In this document: positions 19,501 through 27,959 of the stretch, piece by piece | Position numbering within the stretch: position 1 is the stretch's first letter | Layout of the letters: each line of letters opens with the position of its first letter | Virus record (IMG/VR): IMGVR_UViG_3300030012_005163 | Location: 1-64,000 of that record | Direction: 5' to 3' (one strand) | Origin: a virus | Length of the DNA stretch: 64,000 bases | The notes under the pieces: model-generated | Told to the model about the DNA's origin: nothing | What the model saw: the letters and a program-made list of their open reading frames with translations, nothing else | Database searches by the model: none | Made by a program: the position numbers and the translations under genes

Positions 19501-20246
19501 TGTTCTAATTTTTCAAATACCTCTTCTATTTTTTTTATTATTGGGTTTCTAACTACATCATTAGGATTTCTAAGTTGTACACAACCGAATCCTTCAACAT
19601 CTTTGAATTTATCCAATACTATTTCTAAAGAAGAATCTTTTTTATTTCTTATATCTTTTTGTCTTACGTCCCCCATAATAACCATTTTAGAATTATCACC
19701 TATTCTAGTCATTAATGTTCTTATGTTATCCATTGATATGTTTTGTGCTTCATCAATTAGTATTATAGAGTTATCTATACTTCTTCCTCTCGCAAATGCG
19801 ATGGGAACAATTTCAATAACACCTAATTCAATTAGTTTTTCCATCCTACTTCTACCAATTAATTTTCTAATATTATCAGTGAAAGATTCCATAATTGGTG
19901 CCATTTTATCTTTTAATTCACCCGGTAAATGTCCTATTTCTTCACCTTTTAACGCAGTAATAGATTTAACTAAAACAATTCTTTTGTATTTAGGTCTAGA
20001 TTTTATTAATTTAAGTGCTTCTGCACATGATAAAAATGTTTTTCCCGATCCCGGTAATCCACTACAAATAGTAATTTCGTTTTGTTTGATTGAATTAACT
20101 AATTTTTTTTGATTTTCTGTTTTACACTTAACGTGTACAGAGATGGTTTGGAATACTTTTTCTTCTTCTACATTATTCCTATTTAGGAATAATTCCATTT
20201 CTTCTATCTCTTCTTGTGAAAGTTGTTTGTTCTTTCTTCTACCCAT
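19497..20246 (-). CDS. phoH: PhoH-family ATPase
   Basis: GLPGSGKTFL Walker A, IGHLPGEL, FARGRSI, ILIDEAQN, LMTRIG, MGDVRQKD and VVRNPII. Confidence 0.92.
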   Translation of the reverse strand: MGRRKNKQLSQEEIEEMELFLNRNNVEEEKVFQTISVHVKCKTENQKKLVNSIKQNEITICSGLPGSGKTFLSCAEALKLIKSRPKYKRIVLVKSITALKGEEIGHLPGELKDKMAPIMESFTDNIRKLIGRSRMEKLIELGVIEIVPIAFARGRSIDNSIILIDEAQNISMDNIRTLMTRIGDNSKMVIMGDVRQKDIRNKKDSSLEIVLDKFKDVEGFGCVQLRNPNDVVRNPIIKKIEEVFEKLEQ

Positions 20247-20361
20247 ATAAAATTATTTTATATTAATATATGGGTAAAATGAAATAAAGTATATGATTAA
20301 TTATATTTTTTTATTATTAAATAACCAATCATCTATATAGGTTTCTTTAATTTCCATAATA

Positions 20362-21180
20362 TTAAATATTTTTAAAAAAGTTTTCCATATACTTCAACTC
20401 TACAAGAGGATAGCTAGTATTAATTTTTTTAAAAACACTATCATTTTTTACTTCACAATAAAATTTATAATGATTTTTATAATTATCTTTAACTATCTGA
20501 TTTTTAACTGCTGGTGGTAAATTACTTTTGTACCCCCTCCAAATACCTAAATGTAATCCGTGATGTGGTCCACTCCCTCCTATATCTATTTTAAATTTAT
20601 TTTGAGGTAATTTACCTATACCTTTGTTAATTATATCGTATAATAAATGTTCATTTCTGTAACGTTGGGATAAAGATAGTTTTCTATTTTTTAGTTTTGT
20701 TGAGTATTGTTTTATAATATTAGACATTTTTTCATAATATTCTTTAACTTTAAAAAAGTGTAAACCGGTAAATCTTTTTTGTTTAGGTCTTATAGAATTA
20801 CTATACGGTAAGTTATTATTTTTTAAATGTGTTATATGGGTTTCTCCGAGTGTAGGGGTTTCTTTACATATTAATATATCTACATCACCAATATACACAT
20901 AATCAAAATCACTAAATACATCTTCAGGTATTACCCATCTAATAGATTTCAATTTTTGGTTATCTTTGGGGTATCCCGCAAAAAATCCTTCTTCAATAGA
21001 AACTAAATCGTTGTTAATAACATTAATTAATTCTTTAGTCTTTTCAGATAAACTTCCTAAAAATAAAACTTTTATAAAATAATTAGGGTAAGATTTAGTT
21101 ATAAAATAAATAAAATAAGGAATATATTTTTCATAATTTTTATTAACAACTACCGATATACAAATTTTATTATTCATCAC
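20362..21180 (-). CDS. Putative GT-A glycosyltransferase (GT8-like)
   Basis: DYVYIGDVDILI (DxD motif), FTGLHF, NEHLLY and terminal HGLHLG His motif. Confidence 0.55.
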   Translation of the reverse strand: MMNNKICISVVVNKNYEKYIPYFIYFITKSYPNYFIKVLFLGSLSEKTKELINVINNDLVSIEEGFFAGYPKDNQKLKSIRWVIPEDVFSDFDYVYIGDVDILICKETPTLGETHITHLKNNNLPYSNSIRPKQKRFTGLHFFKVKEYYEKMSNIIKQYSTKLKNRKLSLSQRYRNEHLLYDIINKGIGKLPQNKFKIDIGGSGPHHGLHLGIWRGYKSNLPPAVKNQIVKDNYKNHYKFYCEVKNDSVFKKINTSYPLVELKYMENFFKNI

Positions 21181-21202
21181 ACTACAAATTTTTTATTTAA
21201 GT

Positions 21203-22111
21203 TTAATTTAATATATTATTTTTAACAAATTCTAAAGAAGTATGTTTTTTTGTCCACTCATACTGTTTTTTTGAAATCGATTTTATTTTATCAGGATTTT
21301 CAATAAAATCTTCAATGGTTTTACGTAATTCACTAGGATTAATACTTATACTAGGAGGGTTTTCAAAAAAAGGTTCAGTGATTAATTGTGGTGAGCTAGT
21401 AATAAGTACATTTTTAACTAACATAGCCTCTAAACCTGATTTACCAATACCACCCTTAAAACCTAATAATTTTTTAGACAAAGAAGTAGATACCATTTGA
21501 TCTATAAAAATATGTGTTTTTTCTTTAATTTTTATACAATCACTCCATTTTTTATCTCTAATCACTATTAGTTTTTGATCGTGTAAAGTTCTTTTAATAA
21601 ATTTAGTACCTTTTAAGTTACTAGAGTATTTTAAACCTGGAGAATGAGAAAAAGTAAGTTCCTCATATTTTTGTATTTCTTTATCTAATGGTATTCCTAT
21701 GTGTTGAAAATATGGTTTATATTTAATAGATTTATCCAAAAAAGGTATTTTATCAGGCATTATTAATACTTTTACATTAGGGTTATTTTTTAAAATATTA
21801 TTAACTCTTTTATTTTTCTTTAAAAATCTACCATCACTTATTACTATTATTAATTCTTTATTCTTAAATTTTTTTAATTCTATATTATCTAAAGATATTG
21901 CACCAAAAATAATTATTCTTTTAGAATTTTTTAATAAGTTAACACATAATTTAGTATTCTTTTCATAAAAAAATTTATTTTTAATCATAGAATCAAAATC
22001 TCTTCTTACCGACCTAACTAATATTGTACAACTATTTTCTATGTGGTTAGCAATAAAACTTATACCCCCATAGGAAGAGTCGTTAGAAAATAAAACTGTT
22101 TCTACCGACAT
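21203..22111 (-). CDS. Putative GT-B glycosyltransferase
   Basis: C-terminal HSPG...KGT, IFIDQM, GKSGLEAM and 'LRKTIEDFIENPDKIK' are typical of the GT-B nucleotide-sugar-binding lobe. Confidence 0.55.
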   Translation of the reverse strand: MSVETVLFSNDSSYGGISFIANHIENSCTILVRSVRRDFDSMIKNKFFYEKNTKLCVNLLKNSKRIIIFGAISLDNIELKKFKNKELIIVISDGRFLKKNKRVNNILKNNPNVKVLIMPDKIPFLDKSIKYKPYFQHIGIPLDKEIQKYEELTFSHSPGLKYSSNLKGTKFIKRTLHDQKLIVIRDKKWSDCIKIKEKTHIFIDQMVSTSLSKKLLGFKGGIGKSGLEAMLVKNVLITSSPQLITEPFFENPPSISINPSELRKTIEDFIENPDKIKSISKKQYEWTKKHTSLEFVKNNILN

Positions 22112-22114
22112 AAT

Positions 22115-22999
22115 TTATTTTTTAATTATTTTTGCTGGTGTTCCAACATAAGTATTATTAGAATCTGCATTACTATTTAGAAAAGAATTAGCCCCTAAAG
22201 TAACATTAGAACCTACATTCATACCATTTTTTAAAGATGCGTTTATACCACAATAAAAATTCTCACCTATTGTATTAGAACCAGCAACTACACAATGTGA
22301 AGTAAATAGTGAATTTTCACCTATTATACAATTATGTCCAATGTTAGTATAAGAACCTAATTTACAACCTTTTTTAATAATAGTATTTTCTAATGCACCC
22401 TTTTTAATATCACTATGTGAACCAATTTCTACATTATCTTCTATTATAAGCCCCCCTATCTGAGGAAATCTAATCCACTCATCATTTGTGTTTTTTTCAA
22501 ATCCCATACCGTTAGTACCTAAACAGGAATTTTCTCTTATTATACAATTTTCACCAATAGTAACATTACTATGGATAACTACGTTAGGATATAGTATCGT
22601 ACCTTCACCTATAATAACATTTTTAGAAATATGAACGTTATCCATTATTGTAATATTAGGTGAATTATTTTTATGATAGTCAACATAGTTTGTGGGATTA
22701 ATTTTTTCCTCAACTAATTTTAAAATTAAAATATAAGTTAACCTAGAGGTAGTTTCCTCACAAACTAAATGAATAATATTTGGGTTTAATTTTTTAAGTT
22801 TTTTTAGTGTGTTATAATCACGCTCACTAATAATTAAAATTCCGTTAACAAAATTATTATAAAAACTAATATTTTTAACCCAATATAAACAATCTTCAGA
22901 TGTATCTTCTTTTTTACCAATTCTAAGATTTTCAAAAACACATTCATCTTTAAATTTTACATTACCTAGTTTTAATATGTCCTTAACTTTTACTTTCAT
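22115..22999 (-). CDS. LpxD-like hexapeptide-repeat N-acyltransferase (start revised to 22999)
   Basis: CLGTNGMGFE, FPQIGGLIIEDNVEIG...IKKGALENTII and IGHNC match LpxD segments including the catalytic His. ATG at 22999 overlaps the end of the upstream gene. Confidence 0.75.
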   Translation of the reverse strand: MKVKVKDILKLGNVKFKDECVFENLRIGKKEDTSEDCLYWVKNISFYNNFVNGILIISERDYNTLKKLKKLNPNIIHLVCEETTSRLTYILILKLVEEKINPTNYVDYHKNNSPNITIMDNVHISKNVIIGEGTILYPNVVIHSNVTIGENCIIRENSCLGTNGMGFEKNTNDEWIRFPQIGGLIIEDNVEIGSHSDIKKGALENTIIKKGCKLGSYTNIGHNCIIGENSLFTSHCVVAGSNTIGENFYCGINASLKNGMNVGSNVTLGANSFLNSNADSNNTYVGTPAKIIKK

Positions 23000-23495
23000 A
23001 AAGTTCTTTTTCTTTATGATACTTCTTTGCCGGATTACCAAAGTAAATCCCACTATCCATAATGTCTTTATTGACAAAAGACAATGAACCTATTGTAGTA
23101 TTATTTACTATAGAAATACCATGTTGTAAAACACTATTAGTGCCTATGAAACATTTAGCACCAATTTTAGCACCACCTATTTGTATTTTTCCTGAATCTA
23201 AATTATTCGTCATAACTCTAGGACAAACATAAGTATCATCACCAATTTCTACTCCTCTAGCGATTATTGAATCATATCTTAGTGTAACTCTATCACCAAT
23301 CTTACAATTTCCTGAAGTAGAAACTCTAGAATCAATATAACAGTCTTCACCAATGATGGTGTTTTTTCTAAGTTCTACATAATTTTTAATAATTGTGTTA
23401 TCACCAATGATAACATCTTCTTCTATCACACAAAAACTTCCTATTTGAACGTTTTCTCCGATAATTGCTTTTTCTGATATATTATTCATTTTCAT
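22983..23495 (-). CDS. Hexapeptide-repeat sugar N/O-acyltransferase (WbpD-like)
   Basis: Continuous [LIV]-G-x4 repeats, YVCPRVMTNN and terminal YFGNPAK. Confidence 0.8.
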   Translation of the reverse strand: MKMNNISEKAIIGENVQIGSFCVIEEDVIIGDNTIIKNYVELRKNTIIGEDCYIDSRVSTSGNCKIGDRVTLRYDSIIARGVEIGDDTYVCPRVMTNNLDSGKIQIGGAKIGAKCFIGTNSVLQHGISIVNNTTIGSLSFVNKDIMDSGIYFGNPAKKYHKEKELYESKS

Positions 23496-23511
23496 AATTT
23501 TTTTGTTTTTG

Positions 23512-24147
23512 TTATAGTATCCATCTTATTACTTCAAAACATTCAGCGTATAAAGTATTTATCTGTACCCCCCTAGTTCTAGCTAATGACTTTACGAATT
23601 CTTCGTTAGCATAGGGTCTATGAGATTGAGATAAGTATTGTTTTATCGCTTCAATTTTTTTATTAATGTGTTTTTCCTCTAATTTCATAAAAGAAGTAGT
23701 ATTAAATGTTAAATTATTCCAAGGTAATTCATACGACAGTAAACTACTAAATTTAAACGCTCTAAACCCTTCTTGTGCAATAGTATAATGATCTTGATGT
23801 ACATCGGTTAATGAAGGTATAAAAACTATATCGGGTTGTATACTCTTTTTGAGTGTTAAAATATCATCTAATATTTCTTGTCGTTGGTAATTAAATGTTC
23901 TTACGTTATAATCTAAAAGGATTAAATTATCTTTTGGGATACCTAAAACCTTACTAGCTTTTTTAATTTCAGTAATTAAAATATCTTCAGGAAATTCTTT
24001 TTTAACTGATTGTTTACATGCAGAAAACGCTGCACAATAAACAATATTGCCGTCTTCTATTAACTTATTTACTGTTCCACCACAACCAAACTCTAAATCA
24101 TCAGTATGTGGGGAAAGAACTAAAACTTTTTTATTTTTAATATTCAT
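23512..24147 (-). CDS. PIG-L/LmbE-family Zn-dependent N-acetyl-sugar deacetylase
   Basis: VLVLSPHTDDLEFGCGGT and DVHQDH metal motifs; KKIEAIKQYLSQ, and AECF near the C-terminus. Likely start MNIKNK at 24147. Confidence 0.88.
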   Translation of the reverse strand: MNIKNKKVLVLSPHTDDLEFGCGGTVNKLIEDGNIVYCAAFSACKQSVKKEFPEDILITEIKKASKVLGIPKDNLILLDYNVRTFNYQRQEILDDILTLKKSIQPDIVFIPSLTDVHQDHYTIAQEGFRAFKFSSLLSYELPWNNLTFNTTSFMKLEEKHINKKIEAIKQYLSQSHRPYANEEFVKSLARTRGVQINTLYAECFEVIRWIL

Positions 24148-26572
24148 CGTATACATCTAACCAATCGTTATTAACATCTAAAAATTCAATAATATCATCT
24201 GCGACATTTTCACTATTTTCATTTCTTTTATCATATTCATTATTTATATGATTAATAATATCTTCTACTGTTTTATAATTCAAAGAATTAGGTGTATTAC
24301 CATTATGTACACAATGTCTTCCTGTTAACCCCATTTCTAAAACTGTATTAGGTAAACCATCATGTTTAGTTAACCTTAAACCAATAAAACAACTTTCATA
24401 AACTTTTTCTAACTCTTCTTCACTAAACGATTTCGCATTAGCTTCTATGATATTGTAATCAGTTTTTTCTTTAATAATATCTACTAAATCTCCACCGTAT
24501 TTAATTCTATCTTCACCACTATAAAAGTATATGTTTTCACCTTTTTTCTCTTTATAATTTTTAATTGGTGTTGTAGGTGTTATAGGTAATAATATATGTG
24601 GTATATTTTTTTTAGTTAAGGTTTCCGAGATGAATTTAGATTTCGCAATATGTCTTATTTTACCTGCTTGATTAATTAAATCTTTATTTAAAAATTGTGC
24701 ATCCGAACCACACCAAACAACCGTCTTATGTCCTTTATGGTTTATTAGTGCCATATAATCTTGCATAGTATATATTCCATTGAATATACAAGGTTTGTTA
24801 ATATCTGTGTATTCATTTAAACCGTATTTTTTTAATAACTTATTTTTAAAAAAACTTAAACCTGGCGCTACTCTCATTTGTGTAATAGTAGTAGGGGTAT
24901 TAATCTTTTCATCAACTTGATTTATTACTCTTTTATATAAATCTATATATTGTTCTGTAATATAATCTGTATTAAATAAATTCATATCTTTTGGAAATAT
25001 ATCATCTTTTATTTCCTCTATATCACCTGCGGGATCCACTAAATATCCAATCCCTTTTTTATTGTGTTTAAATCCTTCTATTAAAGTTCGTCCTAAATAT
25101 GAACCACATACTTTTTCACATTTCTCATATAACTCACTTAAATCTGACATTTCTTCAAAATATGTTACGTGTTCGTTTTCTTCACTTATTTTTTTAGCAT
25201 AACCAAAATCATTATCGTTACCAACTAAAACTAAATTTTGCCCCTTTGATTTGGTTTTTTCCGTAATATCATACACCATCTCTTTTCTAAGATAATTCAT
25301 TGTACCCGGTAATAAAACGAAATTTTCAATGTTAATACTTTCTTTAACGTTCTTATTATTATTTTTTTTATCTTCAGTTATATTATATATCATTTCAATA
25401 TCTGATTCTTTAATTTCTTTAAAATTTTTACACATATGTTCCTTAACTGGATCACTTATTGCAATATATTTTTTAATTTTTTCATCAAATAAAGGATATT
25501 CTACGGGTAAAGTTCTAGAACGTACAATGTTAACAAATTTGTTTTGTGGAAAAAGATTTAACAAAGTCTTACCTATTGGTTGATGATTTATCTGAATAAT
25601 ATCAAATTTCTCATCTTTTATTTTATAAAGTTTATTTTTTTCAGAAACTATTATTTTACCATTCATATTTAGTACCCATTTTCCATCACCTTTTTTATAA
25701 CCAGGAGGAGTATCTAAATTATGTAATTTAATCCCTATTTTTTTTGCCTTTTTTTCTAAAATCCCCCCTATATTTGAATAGACATGTACCTCACACCCTT
25801 TTTCTTTTAGTGATTTTGATAATTCAAAGGTTGAGATTTCAGATCCGGTTAATCCATTATAATTCATACACCCCAATAAAACTTTTAATTTTCTATTCTC
25901 AAAATTCTCATCTACATGCATGGGTAAATTTTGTTCATTATTCTTAACAAAAAGTTTTCTGTTTTCTTCCCACTCTACATTAGTCTGCCCTATAGACATA
26001 TGATTAATTCTAACTTTGGTAATTACACCAACCTTACATCCTTTAATTTTATTTTCTACACAGAAAGTTACATCATAAAAATGAAAACCTTTCACATCTT
26101 CATTAAACGTAGTTTTTATTTTGTCTTTTTTAAATGAAAACCATAATCCATCTACTAAAACTACCTCTTCTACGTTGTCACCTAAATCATCACTGTATAC
26201 ACTTAACCAACTTTTATTATTATGGGTGTGTTTAACTTTACCATACATTTTTTGTTGATTGTCCCACCATCTTCCACTTTTACTTAATTCTTTAGTACCT
26301 GCAACACCAATTATACTATATTGAGGATTTCTATCATATATTTTTAATAATTTCTTACCCCATTGTTTAGTTTCTATCATTATATCATCATGACATATAA
26401 CAATAGTATCATATTTTGCTTCTTTAATACCTCTATTATAACATTTAGTTAAAGACTCACCATTATTAATTATTTCAATTACTTCGATATGTTTATGAAG
26501 TCCAGATGATTTAATAATGTGTTCTTTATGTGAGGGCTTAGTTTCTCTAGTACAGTATATAACACTAATCAT
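24137..26572 (-). CDS. Multi-domain glycosyltransferase (GT2-like + GT4-like + second GT-B-like), 811 aa
   Basis: N-terminal IVICHDDI...IIGVAG...GFHFYDVTFC (GT-A); middle GLTGSEISTFELSKSL...GRTLIEG (GT-B); C-terminal HDGLPNTVLEMGLTG (GT-B). Confidence 0.75.
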   Translation of the reverse strand: MISVIYCTRETKPSHKEHIIKSSGLHKHIEVIEIINNGESLTKCYNRGIKEAKYDTIVICHDDIMIETKQWGKKLLKIYDRNPQYSIIGVAGTKELSKSGRWWDNQQKMYGKVKHTHNNKSWLSVYSDDLGDNVEEVVLVDGLWFSFKKDKIKTTFNEDVKGFHFYDVTFCVENKIKGCKVGVITKVRINHMSIGQTNVEWEENRKLFVKNNEQNLPMHVDENFENRKLKVLLGCMNYNGLTGSEISTFELSKSLKEKGCEVHVYSNIGGILEKKAKKIGIKLHNLDTPPGYKKGDGKWVLNMNGKIIVSEKNKLYKIKDEKFDIIQINHQPIGKTLLNLFPQNKFVNIVRSRTLPVEYPLFDEKIKKYIAISDPVKEHMCKNFKEIKESDIEMIYNITEDKKNNNKNVKESINIENFVLLPGTMNYLRKEMVYDITEKTKSKGQNLVLVGNDNDFGYAKKISEENEHVTYFEEMSDLSELYEKCEKVCGSYLGRTLIEGFKHNKKGIGYLVDPAGDIEEIKDDIFPKDMNLFNTDYITEQYIDLYKRVINQVDEKINTPTTITQMRVAPGLSFFKNKLLKKYGLNEYTDINKPCIFNGIYTMQDYMALINHKGHKTVVWCGSDAQFLNKDLINQAGKIRHIAKSKFISETLTKKNIPHILLPITPTTPIKNYKEKKGENIYFYSGEDRIKYGGDLVDIIKEKTDYNIIEANAKSFSEEELEKVYESCFIGLRLTKHDGLPNTVLEMGLTGRHCVHNGNTPNSLNYKTVEDIINHINNEYDKRNENSENVADDIIEFLDVNNDWLDVYDEY

Positions 26573-26723
26573 TTTTTAATTGTTTTAACCGATCTTCTAA
26601 TTCAAGCATTTTATCCTCCACCCATTTTATAAGCCATCCATTACTATACTCGCTCATCACTAATTCTACCTCTAATTTTTGAAGGTATTTTTCGATTTTT
26701 TTAATCTCTTCTTCTTTCCCCAT
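26565..26723 (-). CDS. Small hypothetical protein (52 aa), not in the ORF track
   Basis: Read manually as MGKEEEIKKIEKYLQKLEVELVMSEYSNGWLIKWVEDKMLELEDRLKQLKND*. It fills the gap between dut and the GT gene and overlaps the GT start. Confidence 0.6.
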   Translation of the reverse strand: MGKEEEIKKIEKYLQKLEVELVMSEYSNGWLIKWVEDKMLELEDRLKQLKND

Positions 26724-26728
26724 ACTTT

Positions 26729-27349
26729 TTAATTTTTACCTGTTGATCCAAACCCACTATTACCTCTACTAGTAGATGATAGATTTTTATCTTCACTATT
26801 TACTAATTGAGACACATTTTGATTTACTACGTTCATAATAACGCCTTGTGCAATTCTATCACCATCTTCAATGGTATATTTGTCATTACTTAAATTTATT
26901 ACTATAATACCAACATCCCCTCTATATCCTTCATCTACTGTTCCTGGTGTATTTAATACTGTAATACCATGTTTTAATGTCATACCACTTCTAGGTCTAA
27001 CTTGAAGTTCAGTATTAGGAGATAATTCAAAACTTAATCCAGTAGGTATTAATTTTCTCTCTAATGGTTTTAGTGTTATTGATTCTTTTAATGAAGCCCT
27101 AATATCGAAACCACTATCACCTACATGTGCATATGTAGGATCAGGATTATTACTTTTATTAACAAACTTAGTAATAGTTTTTAATTGTCCATTTTCATGT
27201 AAGTTTTTATAATGTTCAACTACGTTAGTAATGTTATTGACACCATCATCGATGTTAGTTCCATTACCATATTCGTTAACCATAGTTGTTATTTCATCTA
27301 AAATTTTATTTAAATCCTCAATACTATTTTCATTATATTCTTCACCCAT
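26729..27349 (-). CDS. dut: Trimeric dUTPase with N-terminal extension
   Basis: All five motifs present: DSGFDIRA, PRSG, NTPGTVDEGYRG, RIAQGV and RGNSGFGSTG. Confidence 0.95.
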   Translation of the reverse strand: MGEEYNENSIEDLNKILDEITTMVNEYGNGTNIDDGVNNITNVVEHYKNLHENGQLKTITKFVNKSNNPDPTYAHVGDSGFDIRASLKESITLKPLERKLIPTGLSFELSPNTELQVRPRSGMTLKHGITVLNTPGTVDEGYRGDVGIIVINLSNDKYTIEDGDRIAQGVIMNVVNQNVSQLVNSEDKNLSSTSRGNSGFGSTGKN

Positions 27350-27924
27350 TACTTATTGTTTTTTTCTTCTATTATCGCTAATTCATTAGCTTGTTTAAGT
27401 ATTGTAGACAAAGTACTACCATACCATTTTGATTGTTTGTCATCATCAGGTTTATCATAATTTACTATTGCCTGATATTCTTCCTCACTTAATGTAACAC
27501 CATATTTCATAGCGTAATAAACTGATCTTTCACCTATTTTCATTGAAGTAATGTCTTCATTAAACTCATACATTTTTCCTTGATTAGTTCTATGCCATTC
27601 AGATTCGCACCATTTATAAAGAAAAGTTTTACCTATTTGGTGTAAAAAACACACCTTAACTATGGATTGTGCATCTACGGATAAACTATCAGGTAATAAT
27701 TTATTTATACCTATAGCATATTTGGTGGTTTTAAGAACGTGATCAATTAACCCACCAGGAAAAGCATTATGTAAAGATGTCATAGTCGATGCAGGTGCAG
27801 TTAATAAATCTTCACCTAAATAATCTAATAATTCTTTATTTAATATACCATACAACTTATTCTTTTCTAAGAAAGTTTGTTTATTTTTTAATATTTTATC
27901 TTTTAATTCTACTGTTTTTGACAT
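27349..27924 (-). CDS. HD-domain-like protein (YhaM-like) with HQ in place of HD
   Basis: HNAFPGGLIDHVLK...VCFLHQIGK pattern. Confidence 0.55.
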   Translation of the reverse strand: MSKTVELKDKILKNKQTFLEKNKLYGILNKELLDYLGEDLLTAPASTMTSLHNAFPGGLIDHVLKTTKYAIGINKLLPDSLSVDAQSIVKVCFLHQIGKTFLYKWCESEWHRTNQGKMYEFNEDITSMKIGERSVYYAMKYGVTLSEEEYQAIVNYDKPDDDKQSKWYGSTLSTILKQANELAIIEEKNNK

Positions 27925-27959
27925 AATTTTAAATTTTCTTTAAAAATAATTAATTTATT

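Noticed and set aside
20301-20357. 18-aa mini-ORF MEIKETYIDDWLFNNKKI on the minus strand
   Set aside because: Too short to support; it could be a remnant, but chance in AT-rich DNA is as likely.
22115-22999. LpxD-like gene as evidence of phage-directed lipid A synthesis
   Set aside because: No other Raetz-pathway genes are present, and hexapeptide LpxD-like paralogues also act in other sugar pathways; the substrate is unresolved.
23000-23077. N-terminal extension of the tracked 320-aa ORF
   Set aside because: It overlaps the upstream acyltransferase by 95 nt; the ATG at 22999 fits translational coupling better.
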